The notes under the pieces are model-generated. The model searched no databases, was not told the DNA's origin, and saw nothing but the letters and a program-made list of their open reading frames with translations. A DNA stretch of 62,663 nt, filler included. It is 9 parts of 9 records of this genome, joined end to end, with 100 filler letters (N's around TTAATTAATTAA, not from the genome) between each part and the next. Parts side by side here need not be neighbours in the genome. Positions count along the whole stretch, not along the records: positions 1 to 12,781 come from SRR20825010_6351; positions 12,882 to 16,946 come from SRR20825010_6355; positions 17,047 to 20,993 come from SRR20825010_6369; 6 more parts are not named here. One strand, written 5' to 3'. Positions 10,292-21,093 of this stretch are shown here, piece by piece. Positions within the stretch are counted from its first letter, which is position 1; each line of letters starts with the position of its first letter. The translations under genes and the position numbers were made by a program.

Positions 10292-10453
10292 AATTGTTCC
10301 TGGTATCAGTGGTGAGTGTCCGGGGTGAATCCCCGGTCGATTGCAAAGTCGAAAGATTGCGGAGTATAACACGCAGTCTGTGGCGTCTGTTCGATGTTGG
10401 AGCGGCCAGCCTGCTAAACTTGAAATCTGCTTCTTCGCAAACGTGGAGTCACC

Positions 10454-12071
<1,618 letters not shown>

Positions 12072-12162
12072 TCGGCGCACATTGCCTGTATACAAATTGA
12101 ACCGGCCGCAGTAAACTACGCGGTCTGCTGAAATCAGTCATTTTGCTATTGTCGGGGAAGTT

Positions 12163-12375
12163 ATGGCACGAGTTACCGTTGAAGATTGCCTTGAACACGT
12201 TGATAACCGCTTCCAGCTGGTTATGCTGGCCACCAAGCGTGCCCGCCAGATCGCAACCAAAGGTTTCGAGCCGCTGGTCGCCGAAGAGAACGACAAGCCT
12301 ACCGTTATCGCCCTGCGTGAAATCGCGGAAGGCAAGATCTCCCGCGATCTCCTCACTGAGGATGACGACGAATAA
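12163..12375 (+). CDS. rpoZ: RNA polymerase omega subunit
   Basis: MARVTVEDC...NRFQLV...[10 protein letters not shown]. Confidence 0.99.
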   Translation: MARVTVEDCLEHVDNRFQLVMLATKRARQIATKGFEPLVAEENDKPTVIALREIAEGKISRDLLTEDDDE

Positions 12376-12426
12376 GGTTGAATGTGGCCGAAGACGGGAA
12401 TATTTTCTGGTTACCCGTCCAAAGCA

Positions 12427-12454
12427 TTGAAATCTGTTCTTGCGGTTTTATAGT
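12427..12454 (+). promoter_or_regulatory. Putative sigma70 promoter between rpoZ and spoT
   Basis: TTGAAA (12427-12432), 16-nt spacer, TATAGT (12449-12454). Confidence 0.55.
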
Positions 12455-12489
12455 GTATCTATAGGCATGACTGGAAGAACGTCGGAAGG

Positions 12490-12517
12490 ACCCGAATGCT
12501 TGCATTCGGGTTTTTTT
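12490..12517 (+). terminator. Intrinsic terminator upstream of spoT
   Basis: CCCGAATG-cttg-CATTCGGG followed by T7. Confidence 0.8.
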
Positions 12518-12550
12518 ATCCCTGGCATTTATGATCCCCACGGAGGCGCG

Positions 12551-12781
12551 GTGTCGGCAGAGGCAACGGTTGATGTGCTGGCCAATGAACTCAGCACGTA
12601 TCTTGATACCAATCGCATCAATCAGGTGCGAAGAGCCTACTATTATGCCGAACAGGCCCACGAAGGGCAGATGCGCAAAAGCGGCGATCGCTATATTACC
12701 CATCCCCTGGCGGTTGCTCGAATCCTTGCTGGCCTGAAACTGGATCACCAGAGCCTGATGGCGGCCATGCTCCACGATGTC
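12551..12781 (+). CDS. spoT: (p)ppGpp synthetase/hydrolase SpoT, N-terminus (truncated by contig end)
   Basis: GGAGG RBS before [24 protein letters not shown]...AAMLHDV HD domain, gmk-rpoZ-spoT order. Confidence 0.95.
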
Positions 12782-12881
12782 NNNNNNNNNNNNNNNNNNN
12801 NNNNNNNNNNNNNNNNNNNNNNNNNTTAATTAATTAANNNNNNNNNNNNNNNNNNNNNNNNNNNNNNNNNNNNNNNNNNNN
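12782..12881. other. Artificial contig spacer (also at 16947-17046, 20994-21093, 32264-32363, 37918-38017, 46774-46873, 51601-51700, 56750-56849)
   Basis: Identical N44-TTAATTAATTAA-N44 layout eight times. Genes are cut and composition changes at each one. Confidence 0.99.
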
Positions 12882-13944
12882 CGGCAAGCCCAACGACGCC
12901 GCCCCCGTGCTCGCCAAACACCTCGCCGGCCAGCGCGGCACACTCCCGCCTCTCAACCGCATCTTCATGCTGCTCGAGCTGGCCAACGTCGCCAACGACC
13001 TGGGCCACCCCGACCGCGCATTCGCCGCCGCGACCGACGCCAACCGCATCTACGGCCGCCGCTACGACGCCAAACGCACCAACGAAGCGGTGGACACCAC
13101 CATCGCCAACTGGACCAAAGACGTCCACGCCGAGCTGCCGGTCTCCACCGCCGAGTCCGAGCTGCCCGTCCTCCTCGTCGGCATGCCCCGCTCCGGCCAC
13201 GCCCTGATCGAGCAGATCATCGCCAGCCACCCCGACGCCGCGCCCGCCGGCGAGACCGCCATCACCCGCCACATCATCAACCGGCTCGAAGAAGCTCCGA
13301 CCCAGGACATCCTGCCCTTCTCACGCCCCAGCGCGCTCACCTTCCAGCCCGTCAACGAGGGCGCCGGCTTCTACCTCAACACCCTCGCCATGATCGCCAA
13401 ACGCGAGGGCGCCGACAAGCCCGCGCGCATCGTCGACCGCTGCAGCCACAACTACCTCTACCTCGGCATGCTCGACCGCATGCTCCCCAAGGCCCGCGTC
13501 ATCCACGTGCGCCGCAACCCGCTCGACACGGCGCTCTCCTGCTACATGAACAGCTTCGACATCCCCTACCACTACCGCACCCACCTCGCCGACTTCGCCG
13601 AGGCGTACAAGGCCTACCAGCGCATGATGGACCACTGGAAGTCCGTCATCTCCCTCCCCATCCTCGAGGTGGACTACGAGGACATCGTCGGCGACTTCGA
13701 CACCCAGGCCCGGCGCATCATCGACTTCCTCGGCCTCGAGTGGAACGACGCCTGCACCCGTTTCTGGGAGACCAAACGCCGCATGACGTCGTTCAACAAC
13801 CTCGGCATCCTCAAGCCGCTCTACGACACCTCCGCCGGCAAGCACAAGCGGTACGAGCAGTTCGTCGCGCCGCTGCGGGCGGCACTGGGCATGCCGCCGG
13901 CTGAGGTCGCCCCCGATGCAAGCCACGACGCACCAACGACTTAG
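12882..13944 (+). CDS. Sulfotransferase (Sulfotransfer_3 type, probably TPR-fused), 5'-truncated
   Basis: VGMPRSG..LIEQI, IHVRRNPLDTALSCY, YEDIV, FLGLEW motifs. Confidence 0.85.
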
Positions 13945-14001
13945 GGCGTTTCACGAGAGAGACTTGTATCCCCGCCCCCCGCCCCAGTGTAAGATCAAGG
14001 G

Positions 14002-14835
14002 ATGGGAAGGGCGACAAAACAAGCCGAGACGCTGCGCAGAGGCGCTTCCGCGTTCACCCTTCTTGAACTGCTGGTGAGCATCGCCATCATCGCTTTGCTG
14101 CTAGCGGTGTTGCTCCCCGCGCTGAGCGGGGCCAGAGCCAGTGCTCGTGACGCGACATGCATCGCCTCGTTGCGGTCGGCAACCGTGGAGGTACAGGGCT
14201 TCGCTGATGCGCATCAGGGGTGGGTTCCCTCTGTTCCCAAGTGGGTTGATCCTCACTCGGTCGGGAATGTGCTCCCGCAGGCGAGGCTTGACTATCCCGA
14301 TGGTTCGTATGTGCAAATGTCGTACTTTCCCGCCGGCCGCTGGTGGGCGGCAGCAATGTTGGCTGACGGACTCTCCATCGGTGCCTGGACGTGCTCCGGG
14401 TTCGATGCCACGGAACATCTGAACACCCGATACTTCTATAACGGGCAGCCAGTGTTCTACGCGATGGGACAGCCTGTCCCGTTGAGCACCTATGAGATGT
14501 CCGAGGCGTTCCGGGCACATCCGCGGTACTGGAGCCGCGGCAGGGCAAGAACATCACCCCGCGAACTTGTACCACAGCGAATCGACCAAGTCGCGTTTCC
14601 GAGCCAGAAGGTGCTGTTGTATGAGGAAGTCATCACGCACCAGAGCGATCCACCTTACAGTTTTTGGCACGATTCGGGGCCCGTCGCGATGTCTGATGGC
14701 AGTGTCGGACTCCGGTCTGCAGACGATGCCCGCCCCGGCGTTTCCAATCGCCTCGATATTCCCGGGTGTGAAACCAGAATCCGGAACACTGTCAATGGGA
14801 TTCTTGGTATCGACTATGGGGCGGGGGACATATGA
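14002..14835 (+). CDS. Prepilin-type N-terminal cleavage/methylation protein (planctomycete DUF1559-like)
   Basis: AFTLLELLVSIAIIALLLAVLLPALSGARASAR...C..SLR, and a C-terminal H..GPVAMSDGSV resembling the H-X9-DG motif. Confidence 0.85.
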   Translation: MGRATKQAETLRRGASAFTLLELLVSIAIIALLLAVLLPALSGARASARDATCIASLRSATVEVQGFADAHQGWVPSVPKWVDPHSVGNVLPQARLDYPDGSYVQMSYFPAGRWWAAAMLADGLSIGAWTCSGFDATEHLNTRYFYNGQPVFYAMGQPVPLSTYEMSEAFRAHPRYWSRGRARTSPRELVPQRIDQVAFPSQKVLLYEEVITHQSDPPYSFWHDSGPVAMSDGSVGLRSADDARPGVSNRLDIPGCETRIRNTVNGILGIDYGAGDI

Positions 14836-15302
14836 GCACGATGCGAACCGCGCGCACAATAGAACTCTGTGCAGCGACTGCCCTCGCCTGCATCCTCTTG
14901 GCTGCCGCAGTTCTCAAGAGCCTCAGCCCTCTCCCGGCGGTGGACTCGATAGCGACTATGACCGGAGGTTGGGGTTCGCCCCGGCTCTTTGTCTCACTTC
15001 TCTCGCTGGCCGAGTGGGGTCTCGCGGTCTGGCTGCTCAGCGGGATTACCAGGAGGCACGCTTGGGTCGCATCAGGCTGCGCCGTGTTTGGTATCGTCAT
15101 CGCCGCAGTGATTCTCAAAACGCTCGCGCCGGATCAATCGTGCGGATGTTTTGGCGGCTCGACCCTTGACCTTCCAGGCATGGCGTGGTTCCGCATTGGA
15201 GGGCTGCTGCTCGTGACCGGGATCGGCCTCATGGCCCACCTCTCGTACTCGACGCCATCGTCAGTCGCTATTCAGCTTGATAACAAAAGAGTTCACTCAT
15301 GA
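14832..15302 (+). CDS. MauE/DoxX-family membrane protein
   Basis: About four TM segments, LLAAAVLK...E.GL..WLLSG and the CGCFG motif. ATGA overlap with the upstream gene. Confidence 0.8.
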   Translation: MSTMRTARTIELCAATALACILLAAAVLKSLSPLPAVDSIATMTGGWGSPRLFVSLLSLAEWGLAVWLLSGITRRHAWVASGCAVFGIVIAAVILKTLAPDQSCGCFGGSTLDLPGMAWFRIGGLLLVTGIGLMAHLSYSTPSSVAIQLDNKRVHS

Positions 15303-15607
15303 AGTACATCAGTTGGCTCGTATCAGCACTATTCATCTTGTCAGGGATTGGCGGGCTCGCCATTGCCGCCATTCCAAGCACAATGGAGCTCAATATCTGT
15401 CGCACATGGTGCGGCGAACACGATCCGGAAGATCCGCCGGACTACGAACGGATCTGCCCTGAGGGGAAGCACTGCTGCCTTAACGCAAACTGCGCCATCA
15501 TGGAGTTTGCCTCTTCGTGCTGTGACAGTCCCAACCTCTGCAAGTACGGCACCTCCAATGGCTTGCCTACGGCAGGTTGCGTGCAACCCGGCGGCGGCCC
15601 ATTCTGA
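15299..15607 (+). CDS. Secreted 10-cysteine mini-protein
   Basis: Sec-like signal peptide ending near AIA, Cys at 34, 38, 53, 59, 60, 65, 74, 75, 81 and 94. ATGA overlap with the mauE-like gene. Confidence 0.75.
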   Translation: MKYISWLVSALFILSGIGGLAIAAIPSTMELNICRTWCGEHDPEDPPDYERICPEGKHCCLNANCAIMEFASSCCDSPNLCKYGTSNGLPTAGCVQPGGGPF

Positions 15608-15730
15608 GCCGCATCGGAACCATGGTAATACAACCGCCGCCAACCCGGAATGCCTTCTGAACAAGCACTCGGGTTTGTCACTTCCAACCCGAACTTACAA
15701 CGCGTCACCCAGGCTGCTTGGAGTCTTCGC

Positions 15731-16513
15731 ATGAATCCTCGCCACAAAGTTGTCCTGACGGCCGGTCTCGCTGCCGTCACCCTGATGCTGATACTCTGGG
15801 GTTGGACCAGATCACCGACCCAGCCAGAGGCCCGCGCAATGAGCGAGCAGCAGCCATTGGCGACACCTTCACGCCCAACGAGCGTCACCGCCAGCAATGC
15901 ATCACAGTTGGCAGCGTCACTTTCAGACAGTTTCCGGAAAGAACTCCAAGAATCTCACCCGGACCTCCCCGGGCTCGATTCTCTGCAGCCGGATATAGAG
16001 GCTGTATACCAGGCATGGCTTCGCGCAGACATCAGCGTGTTCAGCGATCTGATGAGGACCAAGGACGCTTCGCTCGGCCCAAAGACAGAGGCGATCGTTG
16101 AGTCGCGTCGATCCTCATACGCAGACCTCACCGACGACGAATGGGCAGCAATGGGGACCGAGCAGCAGCTTGCGTATATCTGGGAACACCCAGGAGAACG
16201 CGACGCCAGCTGGCACCGGGTCGCGATGCGCGAAGCCCGAACCGGAACCGGATGGCACGGAGCGGAAGAAGACCTTGCAAAGTCAACCGCAGGGCGATAC
16301 TCCGTGTTCGAGTTCGAGGGCCGAAAGCACATCTTCGGTGAAGCGATGCGCGGCGAGCGTCCAACAGTGTGGATGGTTCTTCCGGTTGAGTTCAACGATG
16401 GTGTCTGGCTCGAGACAAGGCTCACATGGGTCTGGCTCGACGACACACGCGGATGGTACCCCGCCCGCGTCGAAACGCTCGGCAATGGCAGCCGAAGCTG
16501 CCTGATGTTCTGA
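15731..16513 (+). CDS. Hypothetical membrane-anchored or exported protein
   Basis: N-terminal TM (VVLTAGLAAVTLMLILWGW), Pro/Ser linker, Trp-rich globular domain. The start could be 15650. Confidence 0.65.
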   Translation: MNPRHKVVLTAGLAAVTLMLILWGWTRSPTQPEARAMSEQQPLATPSRPTSVTASNASQLAASLSDSFRKELQESHPDLPGLDSLQPDIEAVYQAWLRADISVFSDLMRTKDASLGPKTEAIVESRRSSYADLTDDEWAAMGTEQQLAYIWEHPGERDASWHRVAMREARTGTGWHGAEEDLAKSTAGRYSVFEFEGRKHIFGEAMRGERPTVWMVLPVEFNDGVWLETRLTWVWLDDTRGWYPARVETLGNGSRSCLMF

Positions 16514-16658
16514 TCGGTCCGGCCTCACCGCGGACGCGCCCTCGATCGAGCAACAGTCGGTCGCGGCGCTGGCGTGCACAGCCTGGTAGCCTGCGGTACG
16601 GCGGCGGGAGGGTGCCCGGCCGCCCGCGAACCGGTGCCACACGCCACGGAGGCCCGCT

Positions 16659-16946
16659 ATCTCTGCCGACGCACTCTGGAAAGTTCTTGCTGTCGCGCTC
16701 TACTGCGGCGTGCTGCTGCTCAGCGGGTACATCGCGTCGAAGCGGATGCGCGACATCCGGGACTAATACGCTGCGGGGAAGAAGCTCGGATTCATCTCGG
16801 TGGCGTTCTCTGCGCGCGCGACCGGCGAGTCCGCGTGGCTGCTGCTCGGTCTGACGGGGATCGGGTTCTCTGTCGGAGCGCAGGGATTCTGGATTGTTCT
16901 CGGCGAGCTGATCGGTGTCGGCGGCGCGTGGCTCTTCATGGCCCGC
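16659..16946 (+). pseudogene. Disrupted sodium/proline symporter (PutP-like), truncated by contig end
   Basis: Frame reads ISADALWKVLAVALYCGVLLLSGYIASKRMRDIRD*YAAGKKLG...SARATGESAWLLLGLTG. ATC sits where the start is expected after GGAGG, and TAA is at 16764-16766. Confidence 0.75.
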
Positions 16947-17046
16947 NNNNNNNNNNNNNNNNNNNNNNNNNNNNNNNNNNNNNNNNNNNNTTAATTAATT
17001 AANNNNNNNNNNNNNNNNNNNNNNNNNNNNNNNNNNNNNNNNNNNN

Positions 17047-17527
17047 AACCGTGCACCGCGCCACAACCGATATTACAAAGCCGAATGGTGTCGTGGTTTC
17101 ACCCGATGGAAAAACTCTGTATGTGGCAGAGACCGACAATGGTGCCAGTGGTCTGGAAAAAGAACCACCTAAAGAACCCAAACTGCGGATGACCCTCAAT
17201 GCGTTCCCGATTAAAAAAGATGGTTCGCTCGGAAAGAAAAAAATCCTGGCCGACTTCGGCACCAAAGAGACCGGTATTGACGGTATGACCGTCGATCAGA
17301 AAGGCAATATCTACGCCGCCTTTCGAGCTGAGAGCCGGTTTGGCATTGTGGTCTTTTCGCCGGAAGGGAAAGAGTTGGCCTACATTCCCACACCGGAAAC
17401 ACCCACCAACTGCACGTTTGGAATCGGCGATGACGCGTCCACGCTCTACATCACCGCCGGCAGTGGCTTGTACCGGATCCCCTGTAAAATCCCCGGATTC
17501 CACCCGGCACTGCCTCTCGACAAATAG
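17047..17527 (+). CDS. SMP-30/gluconolactonase-family protein, 5'-truncated
   Basis: KPNGVVVSPDGKTLYVA, DGMTVDQKGNIY, PTNCTFG...LYITA. Confidence 0.9.
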
Positions 17528-17531
17528 TCGT

Positions 17532-19196
17532 TCAGTGTGACGCTTTCAACCTGATCAGACGACCCAGCGCAACCTGCTGGCGAGAGACTTCTTTGACCAC
17601 AGTCCACCTGTCTGAACTCTGCGGCTGCAGCAGTTCAGGCAGGTAAGGATTCCGCTGGAAATACAAAACGTAAGATGAAACCGGTCGTTCTGACTCAAAG
17701 GGAACCAGTTGGATTCCTTTGCGCTTGATCTCCGGCGTCTCCTGCAACATCTGCAACCACGCCGGATGTAGAATCGGTGCCACCTGAATGACACTGTTGT
17801 CCGGGACTTCCAGGACGACTTCCCCTAACAGGTCTGCTGTCAAAGAATCTCCCCAGTAAGTTGCTTCCATGCCGATTGCATCCGCCCCGTTCAAGCCGCC
17901 TGTCAGCAGACTGTAATAACTGAGCCAGCAGGGAGCGTACAAAAGCGATCCTGTGAACTGTGACAGCAGCAAGATTGTTGCTGCGCTGATGGCAATCCGC
18001 CGACTGAAGCGTCGGGTCAACCAGTCAATCACAATCGATGCCCCCAGACCGATTAAAATCGCCAGCAGAGGAAAGACCATCAGAAACAACCGCACGCCAT
18101 CATAAACAGTGATGCCCGGCAGTGTGAATAATATCAGAGGCCACAGCAGTGACAGGAAGAGCAACAGTTCTCCCGTTGGTCGTTTCTGCTGATCCGATTT
18201 GAACTCACGCCAGAGCTTTGTGACACCGAAACCGCTGCAGACCAGCAGGCCCACAGGAACCGTTGTCAGTAACATCACCCAGGCATAATGCCAGGGCAAC
18301 TCGCGGTCGGGATATTTTGTCCCAAAGTATTCGACATACAATGCCGCCCGCCCGGTTGTTCTGCCCAGATATTCGCTGAGATGCCCTGCCGGATCGAACC
18401 AGAGCCACGGCCAGCCCAGAAAGAAAACTAATACACCTACGCCGCCCCAGCAGAACAGAGGCAGCAATGCGCGTTGTCGCCATTTCCAGACTGCCCACAC
18501 AATCACGGGAATGGGAATCAGCACTGCCTGTATTTTGGTGAGCAACGCCAGCCCCAGCAGAATCCCGGTCAGGCAGGCACACTTTTTCGAAGGCGGCAGT
18601 TCGGTATCCCACCACTGTACGACCGCCAGCACTGCGAGCACATAAAACAGAGCCGTCGGCATCTCCAGGGCTGCCAGATGAGCGTGCCCGAACAGACGAG
18701 GCAGCGCCAGAAGTGAACCGGCGGCTATCAGCGCCCCCTGGTGACCGGACCGTTTGTAAGTAAACCAGCCGACCAGAAAGACCAGGCAGGCAAAACAGAC
18801 CGCAGACGCATACCTGCCATAAGTCACGACGAACGGACGACTGTCCTCACCGGCCAGTCCCGCCACACATTCATGAGCCAGACCGATCAGGAACCGCCCC
18901 AGGGGTGGATGATCGGGCAGGTAGTTCGGATGCTCAAAGATTTCCCGCAGGCTTTCCGGAGCAAAAATCCCCAGACCATACACGCGTATCGCCCGCACGA
19001 GAAACACGCCCTGCCCTACATTAAAGGGTTCATCCACCGTCATGCCCGGCCCGGGCCCGGTACAGGAGAGATCCTCCGCGCAATCCAGCTGGGAACTCAC
19101 CAGCAGGAACGACAGTCCCGCCAGCAACAGGTACCACAGCAGGGCAACAGGTCGCCGTTGGACAGTCGAGTCGGGGGAAGGCTTGAGTTGTTTCAT
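17532..19196 (-). CDS. GT-C fold membrane glycosyltransferase (ArnT/PMT-like)
   Basis: DE motif (TVDEP), DHPPLG, LALLTK, many TM helices. Confidence 0.75.
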   Translation of the reverse strand: MKQLKPSPDSTVQRRPVALLWYLLLAGLSFLLVSSQLDCAEDLSCTGPGPGMTVDEPFNVGQGVFLVRAIRVYGLGIFAPESLREIFEHPNYLPDHPPLGRFLIGLAHECVAGLAGEDSRPFVVTYGRYASAVCFACLVFLVGWFTYKRSGHQGALIAAGSLLALPRLFGHAHLAALEMPTALFYVLAVLAVVQWWDTELPPSKKCACLTGILLGLALLTKIQAVLIPIPVIVWAVWKWRQRALLPLFCWGGVGVLVFFLGWPWLWFDPAGHLSEYLGRTTGRAALYVEYFGTKYPDRELPWHYAWVMLLTTVPVGLLVCSGFGVTKLWREFKSDQQKRPTGELLLFLSLLWPLILFTLPGITVYDGVRLFLMVFPLLAILIGLGASIVIDWLTRRFSRRIAISAATILLLSQFTGSLLYAPCWLSYYSLLTGGLNGADAIGMEATYWGDSLTADLLGEVVLEVPDNSVIQVAPILHPAWLQMLQETPEIKRKGIQLVPFESERPVSSYVLYFQRNPYLPELLQPQSSDRWTVVKEVSRQQVALGRLIRLKASH

Positions 19197-19225
19197 ACCC
19201 GTTATTATGCAGAAAGTCGGTGCGT

Positions 19226-19265
19226 AAAAAAACCCGACCAAGAGTTTGACCTCTTGGCCGGGTTT
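19226..19265 (-). terminator. Intrinsic terminator after the regulator gene
   Basis: Minus strand AAACCCGGCCAAGAG-gtcaaa-CTCTTGGTCGGG followed by T7. Confidence 0.7.
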
Positions 19266-19400
19266 AGTCGTTCACGCAAACCAGCAAATCCCTTTGCGAT
19301 TGTTCTGGTTGTCCAGTGGGTCGCTCTCTCGACACCGTCCATAATATCGAGAACTACACGTCCCTGGCATGCTCACCTTAAGGCATTCCTGCCCGGTCTA

Positions 19401-19973
19401 TTAGGCGATCTGCTTTTTACGTCCAACCAAGGTCCGAATCCGTTCGGCCAGTAATGCTGCGTCAAATGGTTTCCGGAAAGTTTCGTTGAACAATGTTCTG
19501 TCGAAACCGCTGGCGTTGTCTTCATCGCTCAGCAGGGCAATCAGAACAGAGTCTGTGTAGTCTTTGTTTCGTCGCAGGTTCTGAGCGATCATCAGAGCTT
19601 CATTGCGACCCATTGCGAAATCAACGATCACGCAGTCGGGGTGCAGTGATTCAGCCTGGATACCAGCTTCAAAACCACTCACGGCGTATTCAATCTTGAA
19701 ATCTTCAGTTGCCATCAGATCGTCAAGGCTTGCACGAACCTGGGTGTCTGCACCAACGAGCAATAACTTGCCCATGGCTTCGTCTTCCAGTTCGCCTAGT
19801 GGCATACCGTGTTCTTTAAGAAATCGAATAAGGTGCTCACGTGGGATTCGTCGGTCCTGAGAACCGGGGATCCGGTATCCTCTCAGACGGCCGGAGTCGA
19901 ACCACTTACTAACCGTGCGGGGTGCAACCTTACAGATCTTTGCTACTTGGCCAGTAGTGAAGATCGTTTTCAT
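19401..19973 (-). CDS. Excisionase-type HTH plus receiver-like regulator (planctomycete type)
   Basis: FTTGQVAKICKVAPRTVSKWFDSGRLRGYRIPGSQDRRIP, then a receiver-like domain ending KPFD. GGAG RBS. Confidence 0.88.
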   Translation of the reverse strand: MKTIFTTGQVAKICKVAPRTVSKWFDSGRLRGYRIPGSQDRRIPREHLIRFLKEHGMPLGELEDEAMGKLLLVGADTQVRASLDDLMATEDFKIEYAVSGFEAGIQAESLHPDCVIVDFAMGRNEALMIAQNLRRNKDYTDSVLIALLSDEDNASGFDRTLFNETFRKPFDAALLAERIRTLVGRKKQIA

Positions 19974-21093
19974 TGCGGGCTCTCCAATCACATGCTTGGC
20001 AAATCTATTCGAAGAAAGGTTACTCTTCTTCTTGCTTTAACCCCCACTACTTTTGCGGCTATCCTGGCCAGTCAGTTTCAAGTTGTAACCTGAGTAGTCT
20101 TGGGTTGGGGTTTGTTTCAGGAGACAGCATCTCCAGAAACTGTTACAAAATGCCAATCTTTAATTTTAAGGAAATTTGGGATCTGGTACGTAATACTTTT
20201 TGGGGTCGGACTGAATGACAATCGCAATACCATTCAGATCAGTTCGTCAGACTAGATCCATCTTGTCCTCTCCCCCCTTACAGACATTTGAAGGGAATGA
20301 ACCCGTCAAACTGTTGATGACTGGTTCGACGTGGTTTTTACGTCTTTCCGGTTTCAACCGTCTGCCCTAATTGCATCGACGAAACTGGAGTGAGGACTTT
20401 AAGTTCTTTGACAAGAGAGAGTGCAGTACGGACAGAGACACTCGGATTAGCTGGCAGGGAAGAATCAACTGTGAGGAATATCTGGCCGTAATCCTCTATA
20501 ATTCAGGTACTTAAATCGCTTGTGAGAAACACTTAAGATATGAACCAAATTTCTGCAGCCACTTGAATTTTTCACACAGGTTTCAGGCTTTTTTCCAGCC
20601 TGCAACCCGGAAGAGGGCGGATAATCGTTAGGACAACAGCAGCCTGCTTCTGGTTCAAACTATTGCACCTGTCATATCTAATACGATGGAGATTCCGGTT
20701 AGTGTTGGATCGATTACAAAAACTCATAAACAATCGTCTCGGTTCACAATACGCCTCAAATTCCCTTTTTCGCTTGCTCTGCGACAGATGTCTCGTCTAA
20801 GATCAAGACACTTTCCCGGCCTGATCAACCGGATCTTCAATTCATAACGCGTTGTAGATCCTGCAGGCCAGCGGATCTTTTCCACTCACAACGATTCAGT
20901 AATCTCTGAAAGTCGACTCCTGTTTCTGATAACTGATTCCTGCCAACTCAATCCGGAAATAACGCACTCACTATGGCGCAGTCACTCCAAGAANNNNNNN
21001 NNNNNNNNNNNNNNNNNNNNNNNNNNNNNNNNNNNNNTTAATTAATTAANNNNNNNNNNNNNNNNNNNNNNNNNNNNNNNNNNNNNNNNNNNN

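Noticed and set aside
14832-15607. Methylamine dehydrogenase (mau) cluster
   Set aside because: Only a MauE-like gene is present. The Cys-rich protein has a single mature Trp and no Tat signal, unlike MauA, and mauB, mauD and mauG are absent.
20300-20372. Minus-strand GGGCAGAC...GAAA...GACGTAAA resembling a c-di-GMP-I riboswitch
   Set aside because: P2 pairing is poor and I see no tetraloop-receptor P3. It needs an Infernal hit before being called.
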